From positions 6,730 through 70,729 of IMG/VR virus record IMGVR_UViG_3300032269_000764: a DNA stretch of 64,000 nucleotides, one strand, 5' to 3'. The notes beneath the pieces are model-generated. The model was not told the origin of the DNA. It worked only from the letters and a program-made list of their open reading frames with translations, and did not search any database. The first letter of the stretch is position 1. Every line of letters begins with the position of its first letter. Source of the stretch: a virus. Lineage: Duplodnaviria > Caudoviricetes. The translations under genes and the position numbers were made by a program. This document shows, piece after piece, positions 48,310 to 57,003 of the stretch.

Positions 48310-49258
48310 ATCAATTTTAATTACAGGTTGTGCCGGGTTTATAGGTAGCCACTTAACTGATGAGATGTTATCCGCTGGATATGAAGTAATAGGTTATGAT
48401 GCATTTACTTATGCCGGAAAAGAATCAAATCTTAATAACGCAAAAACTTATAAATCTTTTACATTGGTAAAAGGAGATATCAATGATGTTAACTTATTGT
48501 CTTCTACTGTTAAAAAATACAATATAGATTGTATTATAAATCTTGCAGCAGAAACACATGTGGACAATTCAATAAAATCTTCTGATATTTTTGTAAAAAC
48601 AAATATAATTGGAGCCAAAAATATTCTCGATGTCTGTAAAGAACATTCTTGTTTATTAGTTCATTTTTCTACTGATGAAGTGTATGGTGTTTCATATTCT
48701 GGGAAATCATTTGATGAAACAGCTTCTTTAAATCCCAAAAATCCATACTCTGCTACTAAAGCATCAGCAGATCATATGATTTTTGCTTACGCTAATACAT
48801 ATAAAATTAAATACATTATTGTACGTCCTTCTAATAATTTTGGCCCAAGACAACATTCAGAAAAGTTTATTCCAACTATTTTGAATAGTATCGCATGTGG
48901 AAAAAAAATTCCAATATATGGAGATGGATGTCAAATACGTGAATGGACTCCTGTAACTGAAACAGCAAAAGCCACAAAATTTATTTTAGAAAATTCAAAA
49001 GAAAATGAAATTTATAATATTTCATCTCAAATTTATTTTAAAAATAAAGATGTTGTTGATATGATTTGCAAAGAATTAAATCTTTCAATTGATAATTTAG
49101 TTGAATATGTTCCAGATAGATTGGGACATGATTTTAGATATGCTGTTTGCTCTGACAAATTAAAACATATGGGATATAATATTTTTGTAGATTTTAAAGA
49201 TTGTTTAAAAGATATAATTGAAACAGATTTTATTAATTTACATAATATTGTATCTTGA
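48296..49258 (+). CDS. rmlB: dTDP-glucose 4,6-dehydratase (RmlB-like)
   Basis: TGCAGFIG, D.FTYAG, AAETHVDNSI, STDEVYG, YSATKAS, NNFGPRQ.SEKFIP, DRLGHD.RY. Confidence 0.93.
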   Translation: MKKYKSILITGCAGFIGSHLTDEMLSAGYEVIGYDAFTYAGKESNLNNAKTYKSFTLVKGDINDVNLLSSTVKKYNIDCIINLAAETHVDNSIKSSDIFVKTNIIGAKNILDVCKEHSCLLVHFSTDEVYGVSYSGKSFDETASLNPKNPYSATKASADHMIFAYANTYKIKYIIVRPSNNFGPRQHSEKFIPTILNSIACGKKIPIYGDGCQIREWTPVTETAKATKFILENSKENEIYNISSQIYFKNKDVVDMICKELNLSIDNLVEYVPDRLGHDFRYAVCSDKLKHMGYNIFVDFKDCLKDIIETDFINLHNIVS

Positions 49259-49288
49259 CAAATCAGTATTATACGGCACACTATTAAA

Positions 49289-49861
49289 GTGAAACAACCT
49301 AAAAAGAAAAAGAAATCATCGGATGCAGATTACGTAAGCAATCAAGAGTTATATGATGCTTTAGTAGAATATCGTAAAAAACGTGATGATGCAGAAAATG
49401 CAGGCAGAAAGCAACCAAAACTTCCTGATTTCATAGGGGAATGCATTCTTAAAATTGCCTCAAGATTATCATATAGGCCAAATTTTGCAAATTATCCATA
49501 TAGAGAAGAAATGGTATCAGATGCAGTATTAAATTGCATAACCTATATCAATAACTTTGATCCCAGCAAGTCTACTAGTCCCTTTGGATACCTTACACAG
49601 ATTTGTTGGTTTTCTTTTGTTCGTATAATAAACAAAGAAAAGAAAGAAAAGTATGTTCAATATAAGTTTGCAGAGCAGCAGAATGACAAAGACTTTCATA
49701 ATTGGTTTAACGAAACCTATGCTGGTATTGATATTGGACGTAGAGATTTCTTTGGTTTGACAGATCTTGACATGAAACGGTTTGATGATATGTTAAATCC
49801 ACCTAAAAAAGTTACAGTCAAGAGAAAAAGAAAAGCCAAAGAAGATACTCTAGATATATGA
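49289..49861 (+). CDS. gp55: late-transcription sigma factor gp55
   Basis: YVSNQEL..AL, IGECILKIA.RLSYRPNF.NY.YREEMVSDA..NC, SPF.Y.TQI.W.SF.R.I.KEK; GTG start. Confidence 0.97.
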   Translation: MKQPKKKKKSSDADYVSNQELYDALVEYRKKRDDAENAGRKQPKLPDFIGECILKIASRLSYRPNFANYPYREEMVSDAVLNCITYINNFDPSKSTSPFGYLTQICWFSFVRIINKEKKEKYVQYKFAEQQNDKDFHNWFNETYAGIDIGRRDFFGLTDLDMKRFDDMLNPPKKVTVKRKRKAKEDTLDI

Positions 49862-50904
49862 AATCAGTAATTCTGAATGATAGCCATTTTGGCTATAAAG
49901 CCGATTCTCCTATCGTATTAGAATACTTTCTGTCTTTCTATGAAGGACAGTTGTTTCCTTATTTAAAAGAAAACAACATAAAAACCATTTTTCATTTGGG
50001 CGATGTTTTTGACCGAAGAAAGTATATAAACTTTAGAACACTTCAACAAGTTCGCACAAGGTTCTTTGAACCTCTCAGGGATATGGGAGTTAAGTGCATT
50101 GCCATCTGCGGTAACCATGACACGTATTATCGCAACAACAACAATGTAAATTCATTGCAGGAATTGGTTGCTCCATACCAAAACTGGGAAATTTATTCAG
50201 AGCCCGCAGAGATTCAGACTTCAGCGGGATGTGTGGCTTTGGTGCCGTGGATCAATCCAGAAAACGAATCTGCTTCTGCAAAGTTTATTTCTGAGACTAC
50301 TTGTTCATTGATGTTAGGGCATCTTGAACTGTGTGGGTTTCAAAGCATTCGAGGTACGTTTATAGAGCAAGGATATGACCCAAAACATTTTGACAAATTT
50401 GAGTATGTTCTTACTGGGCATTATCACATCAAGTCTAGCAGGGACAATATACATTACTTGGGTACGCAATACCAAATGGCTTTCTCGGATGTTTGGGAAC
50501 CGAAAGGATTCCATGTTTTTGATTTCTCGAATAGAACCCTCGAATTTGTCGAGAATCCTAGAAAGCTTTTCTATACGTTTGACTATAACGAAGATCAACC
50601 AGAAAAACTTGACTATTCGAAGTTCAAGGATTGTTACGTCAAGATTTTTATCAAGAAGCGCACGAAAGGTCCGGCGTTTGAAAAATACATGGATAAATTC
50701 TATGAAGCAGGCGTGGCAGAACTGGCTGTGACTGAAGAAGTTTCATCAAATCCCGAACTAGTTGCCGTAGATGTTCATAAAGATACCTTGGAACTATTAC
50801 ATGAAGAGATTGGTACCATAGACGAGAAATCTATTGATAAACAGTTTCTTGCCAAGATCATAGATGAAGCATATAATTCTGCATTATCAAAGGATGAAGA
50901 GTGA
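49858..50904 (+). CDS. gp47: recombination endonuclease subunit gp47 (Mre11/SbcD-like)
   Basis: DSHFG, HLGDVFDRRK, GNHD.YY, GHLEL.GF, GHYH. Confidence 0.96.
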   Translation: MKSVILNDSHFGYKADSPIVLEYFLSFYEGQLFPYLKENNIKTIFHLGDVFDRRKYINFRTLQQVRTRFFEPLRDMGVKCIAICGNHDTYYRNNNNVNSLQELVAPYQNWEIYSEPAEIQTSAGCVALVPWINPENESASAKFISETTCSLMLGHLELCGFQSIRGTFIEQGYDPKHFDKFEYVLTGHYHIKSSRDNIHYLGTQYQMAFSDVWEPKGFHVFDFSNRTLEFVENPRKLFYTFDYNEDQPEKLDYSKFKDCYVKIFIKKRTKGPAFEKYMDKFYEAGVAELAVTEEVSSNPELVAVDVHKDTLELLHEEIGTIDEKSIDKQFLAKIIDEAYNSALSKDEE

Positions 50905-52622
50905 TTGAATTCTTAACTGTACGTTTTAAAAATTTTGGATCGTTTGGTAATAATTTTTCAGAAATAAATCTCAATAGTCATAAGACCACTTTGGTGACTG
51001 GGACTAACGGTCACGGAAAGTCTTTTGCTCTATTGGACTCTCTGTGCTTTGCTTTGTTTGGCAAACCATTTAGACCAATCAATATACCCCAACTGGTCAA
51101 CACCGTAAATGGAAAGGGATGCCTTGTTGAACTTGAATTTAACAAGGCCGGATCACATTACCTCATCCGCCGTGGATTATCTCCAAAGATCTTTGAGATT
51201 CATAAAAATGGAGAGATGTTGGATCAGAATGCTAAATCCAAAGATTATCAGGAAATGTTTGAAGAGCAGATCCTAGGATTTGATTATTCTGCTTTCAAGC
51301 AAGTAGTAATTCTTGGAAAGTCAAATTTTATTCCATTCATGCAGTTAACTCCAATGGAACGTCGAAAGATCATTGAGGGTCTTCTTAATCTCGATATCTT
51401 GGCTGACATGAATCAGTATGTCAAAGGACAACTTGGATCTCTAAAAGTTTCAATTGCTGAACAACAAAGTTTGTTAAAAATTGCTCATGAAAAGATTAAA
51501 TCCCAAAAGGAATTTTTAGAACAAGTAAAAAACAACAATGATGATGATATAAAAGTCATTGTAGATCGTATTGCCGAATACAATAAACAGATAGATGAAG
51601 ATAAAGAAGAACAATCATCACATTTAAAAAAGCATAAAAACCTTTCCGATGAAATAAAAAAGAACAACAAAAAGATTGAATCTCTAAAAGATGTTCCTGC
51701 AATGCTTATTAAAACAGAAACCTTAAAAGGAACTTTGTTGGAAGAAATAAAAGCATTGGAGGAAAATGCAACCTGTAAATGTTGCTTACAAGTTCTTCCA
51801 CCTGAACAAAAACAAAAGCATCTTCAAGAGAAACACAGAAAAGCAGAAGAATGCTTTGAGGCACTTAAAGTTGCAAGGAAAAAAGAAGTTGAGTTAGAAG
51901 AGTTTAAAAAAATAGCAATTAAACTCGATGCTTCTTTAAAAATAATAATTGATGATATGCAAGGTTTGAATTACCGGATCGGTAATGCTGAATCTAACAT
52001 CCAAGTTTTGGAGAAGGATAAGAAAGAAAAAGAAGCGGCAAGCAATCTCACTTCACTGTTAAATAGTCTTGAAACTTCAGAACAAAAGAAAAATGAAATT
52101 GCAAAACAACTTGAAAAATTTATTTCAGATCAGATTCACTATGATGTTGTATATGATATCCTCAAAGATGGCGGTCTTAAGAGCCGGATTATCAAACATT
52201 ATGTTCCCATCATCAATGGACTCGTCAACAAGTTCCTCGGAAAACTTAATCTCTATGTTGACTTCACCATCGATGAGGAATTCAAGGAAACAATCAAGTC
52301 CAGATACAGAGATGCATTCTCATATTCCTCTTTCTCTGAGGGAGAGAAACAACGCATCGACTTGGCGATCCTGCTGACTTGGCGTGAAGTAGCCAAGATG
52401 AAGAATAGTCTAAACTGCAACCTATTGATCTTTGATGAAATTTTGGATTCGTCACTGGATGCAAGTGGGACTGAATCATTTATGAAGATTCTTAACAAGA
52501 TGAAGAATAAGTGTTCCATCTATATCATAAGCCACAAGGCCGATTCCTTAATTGATAAGTTTGATCAAACTTTGCAATTTGAAAAGAAAAATAATTTTTC
52601 TAAAATCAAAGTTCAGGTATAA
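50901..52622 (+). CDS. gp46: recombination ATPase gp46 (Rad50/SbcC-like)
   Basis: G.NGHGKS, CKCC hook, FSEGEKQRIDLA, FDEILDSSLD. Confidence 0.97.
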   Translation: MIEFLTVRFKNFGSFGNNFSEINLNSHKTTLVTGTNGHGKSFALLDSLCFALFGKPFRPINIPQLVNTVNGKGCLVELEFNKAGSHYLIRRGLSPKIFEIHKNGEMLDQNAKSKDYQEMFEEQILGFDYSAFKQVVILGKSNFIPFMQLTPMERRKIIEGLLNLDILADMNQYVKGQLGSLKVSIAEQQSLLKIAHEKIKSQKEFLEQVKNNNDDDIKVIVDRIAEYNKQIDEDKEEQSSHLKKHKNLSDEIKKNNKKIESLKDVPAMLIKTETLKGTLLEEIKALEENATCKCCLQVLPPEQKQKHLQEKHRKAEECFEALKVARKKEVELEEFKKIAIKLDASLKIIIDDMQGLNYRIGNAESNIQVLEKDKKEKEAASNLTSLLNSLETSEQKKNEIAKQLEKFISDQIHYDVVYDILKDGGLKSRIIKHYVPIINGLVNKFLGKLNLYVDFTIDEEFKETIKSRYRDAFSYSSFSEGEKQRIDLAILLTWREVAKMKNSLNCNLLIFDEILDSSLDASGTESFMKILNKMKNKCSIYIISHKADSLIDKFDQTLQFEKKNNFSKIKVQV

Positions 52623-52656
52623 ATATATTTGTATTCACGTAAATTGGAGATATAAT
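52618..52656 (+). promoter_or_regulatory. late box TATAAATA (52618-52625) plus sigma70-like TTGTAT-N16-TATAAT (52629-52656)
   Basis: Motifs read directly upstream of the gp45 operon. Confidence 0.6.
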
Positions 52657-52662
52657 AGAGCC

Positions 52663-52815
52663 ATGAATGAAGACAGCTTTGAAAAGTTTACCAATCGCCG
52701 CAAGAACAAGCCTACTGGTTTGAGCAAGAAACAGCAAAAGAGAAATGTTCGTGGAAATCGCCATGAACAAAAGCAGCAATTGAACGATAGCGTTTATCGT
52801 AAAGATTTTGAATAA
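52663..52815 (+). CDS. small basic hypothetical protein (50 aa)
   Basis: MNEDSFEKFTNRRKNKPTGLSKKQQKRN...; ATG 6 nt after TATAAT; fills the gp46-gp45 gap. Confidence 0.55.
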   Translation: MNEDSFEKFTNRRKNKPTGLSKKQQKRNVRGNRHEQKQQLNDSVYRKDFE

Positions 52816-52832
52816 TTTACAGAAAGATTTAT

Positions 52833-53504
52833 ATGAGTACTGTGACAAAAATGCGTTTGAGCAAAGAAACCTATAGCATTCTCAAGAATTTTGCAGCCAT
52901 CAATTCCAACATTCTAATTCAACCTGGAAACGTTTTAAAGACAGTTTCTGCGGGAAGAAATATCTATGTTGAAGCAAAAGTTGCTGAAGATTTTGATGTC
53001 GAGATTCCCATCTGGGATCTTAATAAGTTTCTTGGGGTTATCAGCATGTTTGCAAATCCTGATCTGGAGTTTCATGACAATCATGTCGTGATTTCGAATG
53101 GTCGTTCAAGCGTCACTTATTATTATTCGGAGCCCTCGCTTCTTACTGTTCCAACCAAGGAACTGAAGATGCCAAAAAGTTCTACTAAATTTGATCTGGA
53201 TGAAAAGGATTTGAACGAAATCCTCAAGGCAGCAAATATTCTTCAGGTAAGTGATCTTCGGCTTGTTGGTGGTGATGGACAACTTGTTATTAGCGTTGAT
53301 GATTCGAGTCAGAGCACCAGCAACAGTTTTGAGATTGTTATTGATGAGAACTACACTGATAAGGATTTTGAAGGAACAATAAATGTTTCTGAAATCAAGT
53401 TTATTCCGGGTTCATACACTGTAGAACTTACTGATACTATTATTTCTAAGTTTACGCATAAGAGTCTGGATCTTTCTTACTACATCGCTATCAAGCGGGG
53501 TTAA
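52833..53504 (+). CDS. gp45: sliding clamp gp45
   Basis: M.LSKETYSILKNFA.INSNI, IWDLNKFL, YYIA. Confidence 0.95.
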   Translation: MSTVTKMRLSKETYSILKNFAAINSNILIQPGNVLKTVSAGRNIYVEAKVAEDFDVEIPIWDLNKFLGVISMFANPDLEFHDNHVVISNGRSSVTYYYSEPSLLTVPTKELKMPKSSTKFDLDEKDLNEILKAANILQVSDLRLVGGDGQLVISVDDSSQSTSNSFEIVIDENYTDKDFEGTINVSEIKFIPGSYTVELTDTIISKFTHKSLDLSYYIAIKRG

Positions 53505-53506
53505 AC

Positions 53507-54451
53507 GTGTCTGATGTGAATAATCTACTTTGGGTCGAAAAGTATCGTCCCAAAACACTGTCTGATTGCATTCTTCCAATTGATCTTACCAAGATCTTTC
53601 AGGGTATGATAAAGGAAGGTACAATTCCAAATATGATGCTTTATGGCAAGGCTGGCACGGGCAAAACTACGGTTGCCCGTGCCCTTGCACGTGATTTGGG
53701 TGCCGACAGCATTATCATTAACTGCTCTGAAGAAAATGGTATCGATACTCTTAGGACAAAGATTCGAAATTATTGTTCTACAGTTTCGCTCAACGGTGGT
53801 CTAAAGATTGTTATTCTTGACGAGTTTGATTATGCGAATGCACAATCAATACAACCAGCATTGCGTGGAGCTATAGAAGAATTTGCAAATAATTGCAGAT
53901 TTGTGATGACTTGCAACTATAAGAGCAGGATAATTGAGCCCCTTCACTCTCGTTGTACCGGTATTGACTTTACAGTTCCAAATAGTGAAAAGGCACAGGT
54001 CGCGGCAGAGGTACTAAAACGAATAGAATTCATTCTAAGTAGTGAAAAGGTATCATATGACAAACAAGTTCTTGTCAATCTTGTCAAGAAGCATTTTCCT
54101 GATGTACGGCGTATCATTAATGAATTGCAACGATATTCTTCTTCTGGAAAGATTGATGTCGGAATCCTTGCACAGGGGAGCAGCGAATCCTATAAAGAAC
54201 TATTGGGGTTCATGAAGGGCAAGGATTTTGTCGCATGTCGTAAATGGGTTGTACAGAATCTAGATCTCAATACGGCTGACTTTTTTAAGCGTCTGTATAA
54301 TGAACTGTATACAGCACTTAAACAAAATTCTATTCCACAGGCCATTTTGATTATTGCAGAATATCAGTATAAGTCTGCATTTGCTGCAGATCAAGAGATC
54401 AATACCATGGCACTGATTGTACAACTTATGATGGATTGTGAGTTTAATTGA
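53507..54451 (+). CDS. gp44: clamp loader large subunit gp44
   Basis: LWVEKYRP, G.AGTGKTT, ILDEFD, SRC, FPD.RR. Confidence 0.97.
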   Translation: MSDVNNLLWVEKYRPKTLSDCILPIDLTKIFQGMIKEGTIPNMMLYGKAGTGKTTVARALARDLGADSIIINCSEENGIDTLRTKIRNYCSTVSLNGGLKIVILDEFDYANAQSIQPALRGAIEEFANNCRFVMTCNYKSRIIEPLHSRCTGIDFTVPNSEKAQVAAEVLKRIEFILSSEKVSYDKQVLVNLVKKHFPDVRRIINELQRYSSSGKIDVGILAQGSSESYKELLGFMKGKDFVACRKWVVQNLDLNTADFFKRLYNELYTALKQNSIPQAILIIAEYQYKSAFAADQEINTMALIVQLMMDCEFN

Positions 54452-54846
54452 TGAAAGTTCAAGATTTAAAACTTAAAGATTTCTTATCTAGCATAAATCA
54501 CGACAAGAAGCCACTTCTTGATAAAGACGAGACAGACACTCGTCTTTATCCTCCATTTGTTGTTAATCGGTGTTTATCATATTTTGCTGATACTATTTTT
54601 CATGCAAATGAAATGAACTGTGCTCCATGGCTAGACAATAAGAGCCAGTTCGATTTTCATCGTATTGCCATAAGAAAAAAGAAGAGATTTTCTCCTTGGC
54701 TTAAAAAAGAAACAGAAGAAAACATCGCTATGATTCGTTCTGCTTATGGTTACACAGAAGCCAAGGCTAGAGAAGTCCTAAATATATTGAGTCCCGAGGA
54801 TCTGGAACAAATTAAAAGGTTCCTAGACACAGGTGGTACTCGATAA
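54451..54846 (+). CDS. gp62: clamp loader small subunit gp62
   Basis: YPPFVVNRCLSYF.DT...ANEMN, KKKRFSPW; TGATG coupling with gp44. Confidence 0.93.
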   Translation: MKVQDLKLKDFLSSINHDKKPLLDKDETDTRLYPPFVVNRCLSYFADTIFHANEMNCAPWLDNKSQFDFHRIAIRKKKRFSPWLKKETEENIAMIRSAYGYTEAKAREVLNILSPEDLEQIKRFLDTGGTR

Positions 54847-54863
54847 TTAATAAGGATTGTGAT

Positions 54864-55289
54864 ATGTCTGATGTTTCTAAGAGTGTATTTAAAAATATAG
54901 GTATTCATGTCAAACTCTTTGATGATGAAGATTTTATGGTGGTTCGTGAAACTCTATCTAGAATTGGAGTTTCGCCTAAAGGAAAAAATACCCTTTATCA
55001 ATCTTGCCATCTGATTCATAAAAATGGGGTTTACATTGTTGCCCATTTTAAAGAATTGTTTGCTTTGGATGATCTTCCTTCAAATGTTTCTGAAGAAGAT
55101 ATCAAGAGAAGAAATGCAATTGTAAATTTATTAGAGGAATGGGAGTTGCTTGAAATCATTGATAAAGATGAAGTAAAGGATTCTATGCCTCTAAGTGGTT
55201 TGAAGATAATTAAGTACGGTGAAAAAGATAATTGGGAACTAGTTCAAAAATTTAATACTGGTTCTCTTCGAAAGTTTTTTAATTCATAA
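54864..55289 (+). CDS. regA: translational repressor RegA
   Basis: DF.VVRETL.RIGV, LYQSCHL.HK.G.Y..AHFKELFALD, RRN.I..LL.EW. Confidence 0.96.
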   Translation: MSDVSKSVFKNIGIHVKLFDDEDFMVVRETLSRIGVSPKGKNTLYQSCHLIHKNGVYIVAHFKELFALDDLPSNVSEEDIKRRNAIVNLLEEWELLEIIDKDEVKDSMPLSGLKIIKYGEKDNWELVQKFNTGSLRKFFNS

Positions 55290-55291
55290 GG

Positions 55292-56515
55292 ATGACAATG
55301 TACAATTTAACATTAAGCATGATCGTAAAAGACGAGGCACCAAACATCGAAAGATGCCTAGCCTCATGCGCACCATTCATTGATTACTATGTAATCTGTG
55401 ACACGGGATCAACGGATAATACAAAAGAAATCATCAAAAAGTTCTTTGATGAAAAAGGTATTCCGGGAGAAATCTTAGACCACGAGTGGTCCGATTTCGG
55501 TACAAATCGTTCAAAAGCATTGGCGGCTTGTCTCGGTAAGACAAAATGGGCCATGATGATTGATGCAGATGATTTTATCGAAGGAAAACTTCCAGTCGAT
55601 AAGTTTGATGATTCTTTAGATGGTTATGTTGTCAACATCAAGCGCGGTGAATTTGGATGGCTACGTGCTCAAGTCTTCAATCTAGCAAAGAAGAAGTGGT
55701 GGTATGAAGAGCCTTTGCACGAATATGCTATTTGCGAACAACCAATGAATGTCAAGAAGTTGGAAGGTGATTATAGTTGGGAAGTTCGTACTGAGGGTTG
55801 TCGTGCACGTGCTTCTGCAAATGATATTGAAAAATATACTAAAGATTACTACATACTTAAAACATATTTGGAACAAAATCCAAATCAACCCAGAAAACAA
55901 TTCTATGCAGCACAATCGGCTTTTGATGCAAGAATGTATGAAATTGCAGAACAAGAATATTTAAACCGGATTGCTCTGGGTGCTTGGCACGAAGAGGTTT
56001 TCTTTTCTTGGATGCGTGTCGGTATGTGCAGAGAGTTCCAAGGAAAGCCCGTAGAAGAAATTGCAGATGCATTTATGATGGCATTTGAGACTGCACCAAA
56101 TCGTGTTGAACCATTATACCATCTGTCATGCATTTATAGAAAATACGATAGACCCCGAAATGCTTTCTTGGTAGCATCTTTGGGTCTCAGTATTCCCATG
56201 CCAGAACATGATATTTTGTTTGTTGACCGTGCAAATTATCTGTGGGGAATTTATGATGAAATTGCAACAACTTCATATTATACCGGAAGACCACACGTTG
56301 GTTTGGGTGCTTGTGAAAAATTGTTGAAAGAGCCTTATCTACCCAAAGAACACCGCGAACGTGTAGAAAATAATTACAAAATTTACATGCAAGGTTTACA
56401 GCAAATGCAGCAGACAATGATGCAACAGCAACAAGAATTTGCAGCAAAAGTCATCAAAGAAGAGAATAAAACAACTTTAAAGATGAATCCTGAAGCGGCA
56501 ACTGTAAAACTTTGA
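55292..56515 (+). CDS. GT2 glycosyltransferase with C-terminal TPR repeats
   Basis: LSMIVKDEA..IERCL.S, ICDTGSTD.T, DFG.NR..AL, IDADD, YEEPLHE; helical TPR-like C-half (R..FY.AQS, PNRVEPLY.L). Confidence 0.88.
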   Translation: MTMYNLTLSMIVKDEAPNIERCLASCAPFIDYYVICDTGSTDNTKEIIKKFFDEKGIPGEILDHEWSDFGTNRSKALAACLGKTKWAMMIDADDFIEGKLPVDKFDDSLDGYVVNIKRGEFGWLRAQVFNLAKKKWWYEEPLHEYAICEQPMNVKKLEGDYSWEVRTEGCRARASANDIEKYTKDYYILKTYLEQNPNQPRKQFYAAQSAFDARMYEIAEQEYLNRIALGAWHEEVFFSWMRVGMCREFQGKPVEEIADAFMMAFETAPNRVEPLYHLSCIYRKYDRPRNAFLVASLGLSIPMPEHDILFVDRANYLWGIYDEIATTSYYTGRPHVGLGACEKLLKEPYLPKEHRERVENNYKIYMQGLQQMQQTMMQQQQEFAAKVIKEENKTTLKMNPEAATVKL

Positions 56516-56529
56516 TACATTTATAGACA

Positions 56530-56537
56530 ACTAAATA
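56530..56537 (+). promoter_or_regulatory. late promoter ACTAAATA
   Basis: Upstream of the fibre operon. Confidence 0.55.
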
Positions 56538-56590
56538 TAAGAGAATTAATAATAGCCTGTAATAGGGCTATTATCTTTTGGAGAACCTTA

Positions 56591-56986
56591 ATGGCCGACA
56601 GTTTCGATCCTACAATCGTCAAGGGGGACACCCTAAGATGGCAAATTGCTCTAACAGATTCTGCTGGAGTAACGATAAATTTGACAGGAGTTACATTAAC
56701 GGTTCAGGTCAGAAAGTCTTATTATCCGGGTCCTTCTTTGTTTACTTCTAGTTTAGGGGTTACTACAGGAAGTCAATTGTATACAATTAATGGGATTACC
56801 GGAGGTCTTTCTGCTACAGGTACAGGCGGTATAATAAATGTTTGTGTAGGTTCAAATTATACATCAAATTTTTCTGAATATTCTGGGGCATTTTACGATC
56901 TCCAAGGGCAACTTCCTAACAATGGTGGTGTAATAACTTATTTGCGTGGAAAAATTAATGTTCTACCTGAAGTTACCAAAACATAA
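56591..56986 (+). CDS. small Ig-like virion adaptor (BppU N-terminal-like, putative)
   Basis: I.KGDT, DS.G..INLTG, YDLQ......V...L.G...V.PEVT. Confidence 0.55.
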   Translation: MADSFDPTIVKGDTLRWQIALTDSAGVTINLTGVTLTVQVRKSYYPGPSLFTSSLGVTTGSQLYTINGITGGLSATGTGGIINVCVGSNYTSNFSEYSGAFYDLQGQLPNNGGVITYLRGKINVLPEVTKT

Positions 56987-57003
56987 TATTTTATAAAAGT
57001 ACC

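Noticed and set aside
34962-49258. Interpreting the sugar island as a T4-style DNA glucosylation (hmC) system
   Set aside because: No dCMP hydroxymethylase, thymidylate-synthase-like or alpha/beta-glucosyltransferase gene was seen in the window; not excluded genome-wide but unsupported here
21396-54451. Introns, inteins or homing endonucleases in terminase, portal, capsid, UvsW, gp46 or gp44
   Set aside because: All are single ORFs of ordinary length with contiguous motifs; no HNH, GIY-YIG or LAGLIDADG ORF was recognised
56550-56573. TAATAGCC-N8-GGCTATTA hairpin before the fibre operon as a terminator
   Set aside because: AT-rich, weak stem downstream of the late box without a clear U-tract; not convincing
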